From IMG/VR virus record IMGVR_UViG_3300020440_000009, positions 24,567 through 88,566 of that record: DNA of 64,000 bases; one strand, 5' to 3'. Shown one piece after another: positions 8,982 to 19,317 of this stretch. Source of the DNA: a virus. Taxonomy: Duplodnaviria > Caudoviricetes. The stretch's first letter is position 1, and each line of letters begins with the position of its first letter. Under the pieces are notes generated by a model. That model saw nothing but the letters and a program-made list of their open reading frames with translations, ran no database searches and was not told the origin of the DNA. The translations under genes and the position numbers were made by a program.

Positions 8982-10814
8982 ATGGGTGTCAATGACGACT
9001 TTATAAGAGGTAATGAAAATCTCAAAAAACCTAACACTGTAATACATGTTTCTGAAACTCAACAACAAGAATACATTCAGGAACTGATGAAGTGTAAGGA
9101 CGATATTGTTTATTTTGCTGAAAAGTATTTTACTATTATATCACCAGCAAAAGGAAAGCATCTTATTAAGCTATATCCTAAACAAAAGAAGCTTTTGAGA
9201 GCTATGGTCGATGAAAAAAGACTTATATCACTTGCATCTCGACAGGTTGGTAAAACAACAACATATACGATATATGCACTACATCAAACAATATTCTATC
9301 CTGAACAGGGTGTGCTTATTGCGGCCAACAAAAAGGATACAGCACTTGAGATTCTTAGTAGAATACAAATGGCTTATGAATGCTTACCAGCCTGGCTAAA
9401 ACCGGGACTTATTGAATATAATAAAGGTAAAGTTAAGTTTGCTAATCTGTCAACAATACAAGGTGTTGCAACAGGTTCATCATCTGCTCGTGGTTCTTCC
9501 GCTAAAATTCTAATTCTTGACGAGTTTAGCTTTGTACCAAACAATATATGTCGTGAGTTTTGGAACTCTGTTTATCCTGTTATCTCATCATCAAAAGACT
9601 CAAAAGTGATAGTCGTATCAACACCTAACGGGGTTGGCAACCTTTACCATAGTCTTTGGGAAAAATCACAAAGTGGTGAACAAGATGCAGAAGGTGAAGG
9701 CTGGAAAGGAATCCGAATAGACTGGTATGATGTTCCAGGTAGAGATGAAGCATGGAAGAAACAACAGATTGAGGCATTGGGTCAAGCCGATTTTGACCAA
9801 GAGTTTGGTAATTCATTCTTATCATCATCGACACCAAAACTCATATCAGATAAGCTTATTCAAGAGTTTAGAACATTCGCTGAGGATCATGAAGACTTCG
9901 GAAGAGATATTTCGCTAGAGGTTTATCAAAACAAAGAATTTAAATACAAAGTCTATCATGAGCATATGGTGGATAGGTCATATTTAATATCATTCGATGT
10001 GGGTAATGGTGTTGGTGTAGACGCATCTGTTGCCTATGTGTTTGATGTTACTGATATGAGCAACATCGTTCAGTGTGCAAAATTTTCCGATAACAAGGTT
10101 GCCACAAATGAATTTTCTTATATAGTTTACAAAATGTATGAACACTATGGTAGATGCTGGATTGCAGGTGAAGCCAACTCAATAGGTAAATCAGTCTTTG
10201 ACTTGTTGATTCAACTCTACGGTGTTGAAAACTTTGTGAGTATGAACAAAGGAAAACCGGGTATTTTAAGCCATGCACAAATAAAATCAAAAGCCTGTAG
10301 ATTCGTTAAAAACTTACTAAGTAATCCATCTGTTAGTATCAAACTATACGATGAAAATTTAATTAATGAGATGGAGTGGTTTGTTCAAAAAGATACTGTA
10401 AAACATGTTCTTTATCATGCCTTGCAAGGAAAACACGATGACCACATGCTTTCTTTTATATGGGGTTTGTACACATTAAACGATTATGATATAGAAAACT
10501 ATTTCTCAATACTTCAATATGTTAAAACACCAATAGGTGAAACATTACCTTTGTATATACAAAGTCTTTTAAACACAAGAGAGGTGAATACTGATACAGT
10601 AAGTATTCTCGATCTAGCTTGGAGAAAACAAAAAGAAAAAGATGACGAAGAGTTAATGAAGAAAAGAGCATTAAGTAAACCTAAAATGGAATATTTTGAC
10701 AAGAAGCCAACTCAACCAGGTATCTTAGGTAAAATGGAATTACTTGAAAAACAAGAGGATGGACTATCTGATGGCTTATCATTTTTTATAGGTGGTCACT
10801 ATGATGAGTGGTAA
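8982..10814 (+). CDS. gp17: Terminase large subunit (T4 gp17-like)
   Basis: Walker A SRQVGKTT, Walker B LILDEF, coupling motif STPNG, nuclease acidic residues (FDVGNG, HDDH); uninterrupted. Confidence 0.96.
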   Translation: MGVNDDFIRGNENLKKPNTVIHVSETQQQEYIQELMKCKDDIVYFAEKYFTIISPAKGKHLIKLYPKQKKLLRAMVDEKRLISLASRQVGKTTTYTIYALHQTIFYPEQGVLIAANKKDTALEILSRIQMAYECLPAWLKPGLIEYNKGKVKFANLSTIQGVATGSSSARGSSAKILILDEFSFVPNNICREFWNSVYPVISSSKDSKVIVVSTPNGVGNLYHSLWEKSQSGEQDAEGEGWKGIRIDWYDVPGRDEAWKKQQIEALGQADFDQEFGNSFLSSSTPKLISDKLIQEFRTFAEDHEDFGRDISLEVYQNKEFKYKVYHEHMVDRSYLISFDVGNGVGVDASVAYVFDVTDMSNIVQCAKFSDNKVATNEFSYIVYKMYEHYGRCWIAGEANSIGKSVFDLLIQLYGVENFVSMNKGKPGILSHAQIKSKACRFVKNLLSNPSVSIKLYDENLINEMEWFVQKDTVKHVLYHALQGKHDDHMLSFIWGLYTLNDYDIENYFSILQYVKTPIGETLPLYIQSLLNTREVNTDTVSILDLAWRKQKEKDDEELMKKRALSKPKMEYFDKKPTQPGILGKMELLEKQEDGLSDGLSFFIGGHYDEW

Positions 10815-10846
10815 AAGTGTAAATACCATAAACGCCCGGAGATAGA

Positions 10847-11536
10847 ATGACTTTACCAAACACTACAAATTTCGCTACCAATCTTAGATGGGTCGCAAAT
10901 ATACCTATGAATATATTGTTTCCCGATGAAAGCGATATTAGTTTAAACTTAACAACATTCGATATACCAGAGGTTACTGTCGATGCTGTTGAAACACAAT
11001 ATCAAGGATACACAATAGAGACACCAAATGGTTTGCTAGACTCTGGTACAAAAGACTTATCTTTCGAGTATATTATTGATTCGGATATGAGAACATATTT
11101 CTTGCTTTATAAATGGGCAAGTTTATATACCAAACACACATTGGATAATGTAGTTGAGAATGAAAACTATTCTAAAAAAGATCCTCAAACATCTAGGGTT
11201 CCGGTTTTTGTTTCAATATTAGATGAGTATAAAAATGTGATTATGAAAATAAAATATCACAACTGTTGGATTAAAAACTTTTCGAATTTAAGTCTATCTT
11301 ATCAAGATGAACCTAAACCTTTAACACACAGCTTTACTTTTGCTTATGAAAGGTTTGAGATAGAGAGGGTTGTACCAGAAGGTTATCATATAATGCCCGA
11401 TGGTAGCTTTATGCAAGGACCGTCTCATAATTCCGGTGCTAATACTGGATGGGACCAAACTACATTGAATGCACCTTTTAGTGCTAGTAATAGTGAATTG
11501 ACAAGAGGTATTGCGACAGACCCTAATCCTTATTAA
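10847..11536 (+). CDS. Tail tube-like (gp19/gp3/gp54 fold) protein with C-terminal extension
   Basis: TTFDIPEVT, LSFEYIID, IKYHNCWIKNFSNLSL, FTFAYERF. Confidence 0.65.
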   Translation: MTLPNTTNFATNLRWVANIPMNILFPDESDISLNLTTFDIPEVTVDAVETQYQGYTIETPNGLLDSGTKDLSFEYIIDSDMRTYFLLYKWASLYTKHTLDNVVENENYSKKDPQTSRVPVFVSILDEYKNVIMKIKYHNCWIKNFSNLSLSYQDEPKPLTHSFTFAYERFEIERVVPEGYHIMPDGSFMQGPSHNSGANTGWDQTTLNAPFSASNSELTRGIATDPNPY

Positions 11537-11931
11537 TCTTCTTCAGTTGAATAAGAGGATGTTTTTAATAACACATTTCTTTCGGCCACAGTGAGCCAAC
11601 TATCAATCGTGTAGCCTTTAGTGTCGAGCCACGTTTCCCAGTCCTGCAAGTCATCGTAGTTTATTGAACGAACCCGATAGGTGTCAGCTTGTCTAGCGGC
11701 TAGCGTAATAATTACGTTAGTGCCATCGTTAGAGTAAATCTTACCCAACGTGTACTCACCTACGTTCTTCTGCTCTGGCTCTTCCTCTGTACCTTTGTCA
11801 GACCAGTTAGCACCCTCTGGGATTGTCTCGTCTAGGAATGCTACAGGCACTTCCAAGAAAGCATACGGCACTCCGTTGGTGTGACGAAACTCGTCATACT
11901 TGTGTGGAATGTCTATAAGTTCTTCCGACAT
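11533..11931 (-). CDS. Hypothetical protein, possible fibre-associated chaperone
   Basis: 132 aa directly after the LamG fibre gene; about 50% GC in a sampled 60-mer versus about 32% locally. Confidence 0.6.
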   Translation of the reverse strand: MSEELIDIPHKYDEFRHTNGVPYAFLEVPVAFLDETIPEGANWSDKGTEEEPEQKNVGEYTLGKIYSNDGTNVIITLAARQADTYRVRSINYDDLQDWETWLDTKGYTIDSWLTVAERNVLLKTSSYSTEED

Positions 11932-11933
11932 TG

Positions 11934-14204
11934 TTAAATCTCCCTACCATCAAAATATTTAGTATTTACAGCGAATGTGGCGCCACTTGAAGCTCTCGTA
12001 TAACTATTATCATACTCGACTAACTCTGTTACAAATCCATCATTAGTTTTATTTATCCAAACACCCGATAAACCAGGTTCTACATTATTTTGAAAATCGG
12101 ATAAACTACTGGCGGCCAATGATCTAGAATTAAATGAAATTGAACACTCTGAATTGTTGTGTACGAACCCTGCGGAGTTATTAAATGTTGTGCCGTTTAA
12201 TGTGGCGTAGTCTGCACTTACAAGCTCACCATCGTTATCTGCTACACGAGTACCCCAAAATGATTCTGTGCCACCAGAGCCTACTGTTACTGTGCCGTCA
12301 TTGTCGTTAGTGGTTAGGTCTTGTACTGTGGTTGTGCCGATGTCGTTTTGGAAGTCAAACTCTTGAAGAACAGAGCCTCCTCTTGTTACCTTCCACGAAT
12401 GAATTTCTACATTAGAATATTTACTTGGAGCGTTATTTAGATTTCTTCCTCCTAGATAAGTATTTTGTGTAATTGTAGGAGTTGATTCGCTACTCATATC
12501 TACATTTAAAATATTATCTAAAGTAAATGTCCCATCGCCATTATATACTATAGTATGAATTGAATTATCAACAGTTCCTGTGTCTGTAACACCACCACCA
12601 GCCGAAACACTATGGGCAAACCTCCAGTTACCTCCTTGTAGACCAAAGTACAAATTATTAGAACCCTCTCGGTTTCCAAATATAACAACATCAGCACTAG
12701 TGCTACCTTTGTATTTAAATTTACACTCGATAACATCAGTAGCGTTAATTGATATTCCTGTATCCACATAATCAGCCACCCCATCAAACGTAGCCACCTG
12801 CTTGGTCTTGGTGTTGAGTGCGGGGATTCGTTCTTTGGTGTAATCACCAGAGTCGGGGTTAACGGCAAAGTCATAATCAACAGCAATCGAACCATCTATG
12901 GTTAGTTTCCAAGTTTTCATTTTGCCATCAAAATTAGCAGTATTACCAGTTCTTGCACCTATAATTGGATTGGCTATAACAATGTTGCCAAAACTAGTAG
13001 AGTCTTTAGTTGCTACAGAAGAACCATTTATATAAAAAGTAATTGTATCGCCATCTCTTTCAACTTTATATGTGTTAAAGTCAGAGCGGTCTGTTGGTGT
13101 AACATCTTGTTGAATAGTTGCTGTGCTTGCTGTATCCCTTAAAAACCAGCGGAAACTTTCACCTGTACGACTTTCAAACTGTAGTATATCACCACCTTCT
13201 ACCATACCAAAAGGTCTGCCATCACCAGTTCCATCTCCAGATGAAGCTAATGTTGTCTCAAGCTCCCACGATGTGCCTAGCGTAAACCCAGAAGATAAAT
13301 CAATGTGGTCACTACTACCATTAAACACAGCGTTAATATCAAACCCGTACTCGTGGTTCCAAGACTCGATGCCGTCTTCAGTAGTCCAAGTAGCACCATC
13401 AATTGTGCCGTGATTGCCGTTGCCGCTTACATCGTATGCTTTAGTTCCTGAACCTTCTGCCAATGGTGCGTGTAATAGTGTATCGCTACCAGAAGTGATA
13501 ATAAGTTTTGACCCCTTACCCTCTAATGGAGACGCACCAGTATGACCAGCAAAAAATTTAAAAGCACCAGTAGCTTCTTCTACTGTTCTAGTTACTGCTG
13601 TATGCGTAGTAGTAGTGCCGCCAGTAGTTGTCTTTAACTGCAATGAGTTAGAGCCATTGTAAATAAGCTCAACATCATATTTTGTACTAGTAGTAAATGT
13701 GCCAGCAGGTGCTAATACAGTTGAGCCTTGTCCTCCTAGAAATGTAGTTGCAGAGCCATTAGAGTTTATTCTTACCCACCCTCTTCCTGTTCCTGTCCCT
13801 GCGGCTTGAGAAAACAAATCGCCTTGTGACTGTAAAGTGCTTGCAGTTTCTATGGTCGCCTTAACATTAAAAGCAGATGTGTTAAAGCTACCTAGCGAAA
13901 AATCAATTCTATCATCCGTTCCATCAAAGCTAAGGCAGTTTATACTTTTAAGGGTTGCATCACTTCCCTTTGTAGCAGGTAATGTTTTACCATCAGATGA
14001 TGAACTTTCTAATCTAGTTGCTATAGTCACAGGATTAGGTGCTTCTGTTCCTCCAGTTCCAATACCCGTTCTTTCATACGGAGCCACGACACCGGAGTCA
14101 ACAGTATTAAATATGCGACCAGTGAACTGATCAGTATACTGTTTTGGTCCCATATACTTAGGTTTGTAGACCACCGATCCCGTATTTGTAATTTTAATCG
14201 GCAC
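11934..14204 (-). CDS. Virion fibre/receptor-binding protein with three LamG (concanavalin A-like) modules
   Basis: Module starts FDGTDDRID, FNGSSDHID and FDGVADYVD; G/S/T-rich; DVSGNGNHGTI linker. Confidence 0.75.
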   Translation of the reverse strand: MPIKITNTGSVVYKPKYMGPKQYTDQFTGRIFNTVDSGVVAPYERTGIGTGGTEAPNPVTIATRLESSSSDGKTLPATKGSDATLKSINCLSFDGTDDRIDFSLGSFNTSAFNVKATIETASTLQSQGDLFSQAAGTGTGRGWVRINSNGSATTFLGGQGSTVLAPAGTFTTSTKYDVELIYNGSNSLQLKTTTGGTTTTHTAVTRTVEEATGAFKFFAGHTGASPLEGKGSKLIITSGSDTLLHAPLAEGSGTKAYDVSGNGNHGTIDGATWTTEDGIESWNHEYGFDINAVFNGSSDHIDLSSGFTLGTSWELETTLASSGDGTGDGRPFGMVEGGDILQFESRTGESFRWFLRDTASTATIQQDVTPTDRSDFNTYKVERDGDTITFYINGSSVATKDSTSFGNIVIANPIIGARTGNTANFDGKMKTWKLTIDGSIAVDYDFAVNPDSGDYTKERIPALNTKTKQVATFDGVADYVDTGISINATDVIECKFKYKGSTSADVVIFGNREGSNNLYFGLQGGNWRFAHSVSAGGGVTDTGTVDNSIHTIVYNGDGTFTLDNILNVDMSSESTPTITQNTYLGGRNLNNAPSKYSNVEIHSWKVTRGGSVLQEFDFQNDIGTTTVQDLTTNDNDGTVTVGSGGTESFWGTRVADNDGELVSADYATLNGTTFNNSAGFVHNNSECSISFNSRSLAASSLSDFQNNVEPGLSGVWINKTNDGFVTELVEYDNSYTRASSGATFAVNTKYFDGREI

Positions 14205-14214
14205 TTATCTTACC

Positions 14215-14652
14215 TTATCTTGTAATTGTACCAACAATAGATGAAATAAGGGATGTTTTGTCATCACTTGTAATTCTATCAAAATCAGACAAAGAAGATG
14301 TCATGTTGTCAGTAAGAACTGCTTTTCTAACAGCTAATTGTTCAGTAAGATTTGCATCACCATAGTCTTTTGTGTATAAAGATTGTGTTTTCGTGTTAAG
14401 ACTAGTTTCTGTTAGTTTAACCGAACTTGCAAGTCTGTTTCCTATTGAACTGTTATATAAGACACCTGTTGTTGTACCTATTTTGATACGGCCATTCCAG
14501 TAAATGTCTGTACCATCGCTGTAAAAGATATTTGAATCACTTACAGTAATTTCATTAATTGTCACTGCGGCCGCAATATCTAAACCCGTCACTACTACTT
14601 TATTAGTTTCAACAGGTGCTGGTATTGGTGCCGGGTTTGTTATTTCACTCAT
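14215..14652 (-). CDS. Hypothetical virion protein
   Basis: 145 aa with GGAGA SD, between two fibre genes. Confidence 0.6.
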   Translation of the reverse strand: MSEITNPAPIPAPVETNKVVVTGLDIAAAVTINEITVSDSNIFYSDGTDIYWNGRIKIGTTTGVLYNSSIGNRLASSVKLTETSLNTKTQSLYTKDYGDANLTEQLAVRKAVLTDNMTSSLSDFDRITSDDKTSLISSIVGTITR

Positions 14653-14686
14653 TTTGTATTCTCCTTGTTATCTTTTTTTTAAATTC

Positions 14687-17600
14687 TTATGCTCCGTCTG
14701 ATGAACCAGTCGCTGAAGTTCCGTATGTCTTAGCTACAACATTCACTTTAGCTGTTCCTAGATCAATACCGTACATTGTTCCATCGATATTTATATCTAG
14801 AATCATATTTCTTCCTTTTCTTCTAAATCCTGCCATCTCTCTAGGTATTTTACCTAATGCACATTCACCTGTTAGTGAAGGTGTATCACCATCTAAAGGT
14901 GCAGCCGATAAGATAGGTACTGTGAAGAACATACCACCCATTTGGTTTACAGCCGATGTTGCCTGATCGGTTGAACCTGTACTATCATTGATAGGTTTAT
15001 GTACTCTGATACCGGCTTTTCTAAAGAATTTTTGTGGGAAACCCTGGCCAACGAATTGTCCAAACTCACTTGTTCCAGACGTTGTTGTTTGTACATTAGT
15101 ACCTATTGCAACTCCATGTGAAGCTCCACTTACCATTGCATTATAACCAATGGCCATTCCAAATCTGTTTTTAGAAGTTAGACCACCCAGACTACCTGTA
15201 TGACCTTCAACACTAGCTTCGTGACCAATAGCCATGTTGGATGATCCAGAAACTACTGTTTCTGCACCAATAGCTATGTTTTCTGCCCCTTTAGCCTGTG
15301 CATCGTAGCCGACAGCAACGGTTTGATTGCCGTCTGCTAGTGTGTCTGGTCCAACTGCCACTGAGTATGTTCCTGTAGACTTAGCCACATATCCTATAGC
15401 TAGACTCTGATTTCCTTCGGCTGAAGTGGCACGACCAATCGCCATTGCGGAATCAGCTTTGGATCTTGCGACCAAACCAATAGCCATTCCGTAATTATTT
15501 CTTACATGAGAAACTCCTCCGATAGCTATCTGATATCCTCCGGTTCCCTGAATTTCATTAGCGTATCCTAACATTACACCCTTATCAGAGGATGCCATTG
15601 TTTGGTTATTCAAACCTACTGCTGTGTGTCCGTGTCCTGATACTGTACCACCACCAATTAATACGTTAGCTGTTCCTGATACTACACTTTTCGATCTTTG
15701 TATAAGTGTTCCCGCACCACCATTAGTAATTCCCGTTCCAACAACGACATTTTCTTGACCTGATATGACTGGTGTTATCCCGAAACCTCTACCTGCTCCT
15801 ATTAACACGTTTCTTTGACCTAAATTACGAGGATTTCCAATAGGAACCACTCTTGTTCCGGCACCCACAAGTGTATTACCACCTGTTCGAGATACGCCCT
15901 TACCCACATCTTTTGCTGTGGCACCGATCGTGACGCCTCGATAAGAGTTTGCGGATACTTGGTATCCTATACCTATTGCATCCTGGGAATCAGCTCCCGC
16001 CTCCATACCCATTGCGATTGAGTGTAGTTGTTCAGAGGATGTTAAATGTCCAATGGCTATTGAATCGTTACCATTAGTTAAATTTGAAATACCTACATTT
16101 ACATTAGACGATCCTAACGCTCTACTGCTGTGACCTATAATGGTTGAGAATTGGGCATCGGTTCTTGTAGTTCCACCACTTAATTTATGACCAAGTGCAA
16201 CGCTACCTCTTGATTTTAAATAACTTTGGTTACCTATAACAAAACAATTATCACCATCTATTGCCGATGATTCGCTACCAATTGCAAGCGAAGATTGTGC
16301 AGAAACACTATTGCTATTACCAATGGTAATATTTAATCCTTGTGTTCTGTTTCGATTACCTATAGCGACTGTCTGACCATTATTTATCAAACGGTCACTC
16401 TGTGCATTATTATAATCAGTATTAAGATAACCAATCTTAACCATACCTGTTCCACCACTAGTATTGTTGGATCTTCCTAAGAGTACATTACCATTTGTAT
16501 TAACAGCGGCCTTAATGTGATTAGCTGTTCCAAGTAAAGTATTATAAGCACCATCGTTCGATATGTTAGCCTGTCCGAATATTAGATTGTTACCTTCTGC
16601 GTGATTTATTTTATTTTGACTACCGATTACATATTCTACAGTACCACCTGCGTTAGTATTCTGATATCCAATAGCCCCGTTTATTCCAAAAAGAGAACCT
16701 ACAGTGTTTTCGTTACCAGCGAGAATTGTTTGTCCTACACCAAGGTGAACAGTTGAATTTTCACGGTTTTCAGAACCTAATAAAAGTGCATGAGAGCCTG
16801 AGTTTTGGTAACCTAATGCGACTGAACCATTAGATGCTCCTTGTGGGGTTGTTATGTTTCTAAATCCTATATTTGTTCTATGTGTTACGGCCGCCCCATC
16901 TCTGTTCTCATTTTGAACACCGATGTTAATTGATGTTGATCCGTTTGGTACAATGTTCTTATTACCAATCGTTACTGAGTATAAAGAGCCTGAGACTGTA
17001 TTGTCAGAACCAAGTGTGATACCAGCTTTAGCATCTGCCGTACCTGATACATCATTTCGATGACCAATGATGATGCTTTCTTGTCCAGATAGCGTGTTAC
17101 TGTCACCTATTATAACAGAACCACTTAAGTAAGACCTGTTAGAGTTTCCTATGTAAACTTGACTTGTTTGTCCATACTGTAAATCTTTGTTCAATCTTCC
17201 AATGGCTGTAGAGAATTTACCAGAAAGTGTATTTTGGCGACCTAAAATATTTGTACCACCTAGTGAGTACAAACTTCTGTTGGATTCGCCAATGGCTATG
17301 GCAGTTCCTCCGGCTCTACTATTCGTACCTTTTACCTTGTTAATATATCCTAATATTACATTAGGTTGCCCGGCCGCTCTTTGGCTAGATTCTATGTTCT
17401 CTTTACCCATTATAACACTACCAAAAGCTCCAGTACCTGAGTTTTGGAAACCTATTGCGATTGATTCACCTTTTGCTGAGTTTTGGTAACCTAGTGCTAT
17501 ACTACCACTGTTGTTATTATCAGATTGTTGAATATTTGATTCACCAATACCTATACCTCTAAGTCCTGATACAGAGTTAGTAAGACCGATAGATACAGAA

Positions 17601-18946
17601 GCAAGCTGACCTTTGTTACCTTTACCAATGATTACGTTCTGACCACCAACATTACTACTACCTAAGGCCGCTGTTGCACTTATCTCATAGTTTTGTGAAC
17701 CAATTAAAATAGCGTCTGAGTTACCACTTGTAGTATTGCCGTGACCAATAATAACACCGGAACCGGCTGCCATAATTGAGTTGTTGCTATGACCGATTGC
17801 AATTACACCTTCACCATCTACAAGTCTATTTTTATATCCTAAAATTAAACCTCTACTATTTGCACCCGTATTATTGTTATAAGCACCAAATGTCAAGTTA
17901 GAATTAACATTTGTTCCGATTACATTACTTATGCCTATTCCAAATGTACCGTCACTCGTAAAAGATCCGACTGAGCCTGTGTTTGTTTGACCTATCGCCA
18001 TTGCTTTAGAGGCAATAGCAGATTCTATTCTATTGTTTTCACCAAATGCCATATGGCCTGAGTTTGCCACACCTACCAAAGTTGTGTTTTGGTTAAGACC
18101 GGTTCCTTCAGCTATATTATCACTACCAATTAAGTAAGATTCTGATGAATCTCTAAGTTGATTAGAATTACCCAGCATAGCACCTTTACTCGCAACATCG
18201 CTAGTTTGTGTGTTTCCAACACCAAGACTGGTTATTTGAGCGCCTGCGATTGAGTTTTGTGATCCTATAGCCACAGAATAAGAGCCACTAACACCGTCTG
18301 AAGCATTTGACCCTCTCACACCAGCTATGTCAATGATACCTATTTTGCCATTGTAGTTGAAGTTGGTGTTGAGACTCATTCCACCTATCAAGCAATTCTG
18401 TCCAACATTGTCTTGAAAGTTAGCAAATCTTAAACCTGGTGCAGTTTGTGTAAGTCCACTTAAAACCATGAATGAAACTGCTGAGGGTTTGTAATCATTA
18501 ATATCTTGATCATCGGTACCATCTAATGTAATTGATTTTACGCTAGTATGACCAGATATTACAAATTTACCGGAGTTCGTTAGATCAACATCCACACCAG
18601 AAGTTAAAACAGTATTGGCCGATAAAGCTTTTTGAGCCACTGATGTGTTTGTCGTAACAATCTGAGCAGAGAGTGGTGTTCCTTTGCCAGCTTTACCACT
18701 CAATTCTGCTATAAGAGAATCATCACTCGTAGCAGAAATTGTCAAAGAAGCAACTCTACCAGATAAAGGTAATCCTTTACCAGCTTTACCACTCAATTCT
18801 TGTATTAATACGGTATTTTGGTCGGGGTTTTGTGCTGAAAGTTCATATGTAATACCGCTTACTGTTTCTAATACGGTAAAAGCATTATTTATCGCATTTC
18901 TCCACTGTAAGTTCGTCTGATTGTTACCTAGCGGTGTTAATGACAT
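14687..18946 (-). CDS. Giant YadA/Hep-Hag-repeat (beta-roll) adhesin/tail fibre
   Basis: 1419 aa with dozens of ~14-residue xxIGxxN / S(I/V)AIG repeats; duplicated ELSGKAGKG near the N-terminus. Confidence 0.8.
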   Translation of the reverse strand: MSLTPLGNNQTNLQWRNAINNAFTVLETVSGITYELSAQNPDQNTVLIQELSGKAGKGLPLSGRVASLTISATSDDSLIAELSGKAGKGTPLSAQIVTTNTSVAQKALSANTVLTSGVDVDLTNSGKFVISGHTSVKSITLDGTDDQDINDYKPSAVSFMVLSGLTQTAPGLRFANFQDNVGQNCLIGGMSLNTNFNYNGKIGIIDIAGVRGSNASDGVSGSYSVAIGSQNSIAGAQITSLGVGNTQTSDVASKGAMLGNSNQLRDSSESYLIGSDNIAEGTGLNQNTTLVGVANSGHMAFGENNRIESAIASKAMAIGQTNTGSVGSFTSDGTFGIGISNVIGTNVNSNLTFGAYNNNTGANSRGLILGYKNRLVDGEGVIAIGHSNNSIMAAGSGVIIGHGNTTSGNSDAILIGSQNYEISATAALGSSNVGGQNVIIGKGNKGQLASVSIGLTNSVSGLRGIGIGESNIQQSDNNNSGSIALGYQNSAKGESIAIGFQNSGTGAFGSVIMGKENIESSQRAAGQPNVILGYINKVKGTNSRAGGTAIAIGESNRSLYSLGGTNILGRQNTLSGKFSTAIGRLNKDLQYGQTSQVYIGNSNRSYLSGSVIIGDSNTLSGQESIIIGHRNDVSGTADAKAGITLGSDNTVSGSLYSVTIGNKNIVPNGSTSINIGVQNENRDGAAVTHRTNIGFRNITTPQGASNGSVALGYQNSGSHALLLGSENRENSTVHLGVGQTILAGNENTVGSLFGINGAIGYQNTNAGGTVEYVIGSQNKINHAEGNNLIFGQANISNDGAYNTLLGTANHIKAAVNTNGNVLLGRSNNTSGGTGMVKIGYLNTDYNNAQSDRLINNGQTVAIGNRNRTQGLNITIGNSNSVSAQSSLAIGSESSAIDGDNCFVIGNQSYLKSRGSVALGHKLSGGTTRTDAQFSTIIGHSSRALGSSNVNVGISNLTNGNDSIAIGHLTSSEQLHSIAMGMEAGADSQDAIGIGYQVSANSYRGVTIGATAKDVGKGVSRTGGNTLVGAGTRVVPIGNPRNLGQRNVLIGAGRGFGITPVISGQENVVVGTGITNGGAGTLIQRSKSVVSGTANVLIGGGTVSGHGHTAVGLNNQTMASSDKGVMLGYANEIQGTGGYQIAIGGVSHVRNNYGMAIGLVARSKADSAMAIGRATSAEGNQSLAIGYVAKSTGTYSVAVGPDTLADGNQTVAVGYDAQAKGAENIAIGAETVVSGSSNMAIGHEASVEGHTGSLGGLTSKNRFGMAIGYNAMVSGASHGVAIGTNVQTTTSGTSEFGQFVGQGFPQKFFRKAGIRVHKPINDSTGSTDQATSAVNQMGGMFFTVPILSAAPLDGDTPSLTGECALGKIPREMAGFRRKGRNMILDINIDGTMYGIDLGTAKVNVVAKTYGTSATGSSDGA

Positions 18947-18973
18947 TGTTTGTTCTCCTCAGTTAAAAAATTA

Positions 18974-19306
18974 TTATCCAGCGTGGCCAGTAAATGTGTG
19001 CATATCAGGTGGTGCCATATTCTGTCCATTTACTGGTGAATATGAACCCGAAGCTCTTCCGGTCCAAGTAACATCAAAAGCTTCATCGTAGCTGGTTACA
19101 TTACCAACTTTTTTGATTCTAACAATCCTTTGCTTTCTATGTCCGCTTAGTGAATCAGAGCCGTATATTTCAGCGGCCTCTCCGGCTGATGCACTTATTG
19201 CCAAGTAACACATATAAGTTGTATTGGCATCCGCCTCATCAATCTTATGTGGTGTAATGGTGTTTACATCTTCAACTCTATAATGTGAATTACTATATAT
19301 CGGCAT
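18974..19306 (-). CDS. Hypothetical protein
   Basis: 110 aa, GGAG SD, in the structural operon. Confidence 0.6.
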   Translation of the reverse strand: MPIYSNSHYRVEDVNTITPHKIDEADANTTYMCYLAISASAGEAAEIYGSDSLSGHRKQRIVRIKKVGNVTSYDEAFDVTWTGRASGSYSPVNGQNMAPPDMHTFTGHAG

Positions 19307-19317
19307 CTTTCTATCTC

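Noticed and set aside
8982-10814. Intron or intein in terminase (also checked thyX and groEL)
   Set aside because: ORFs are continuous, of normal length, and lack intein or homing-endonuclease insertions
11533-18946. Diversity-generating retroelement acting on fibres
   Set aside because: No reverse transcriptase and no TR/VR pair differing at adenines seen in the window
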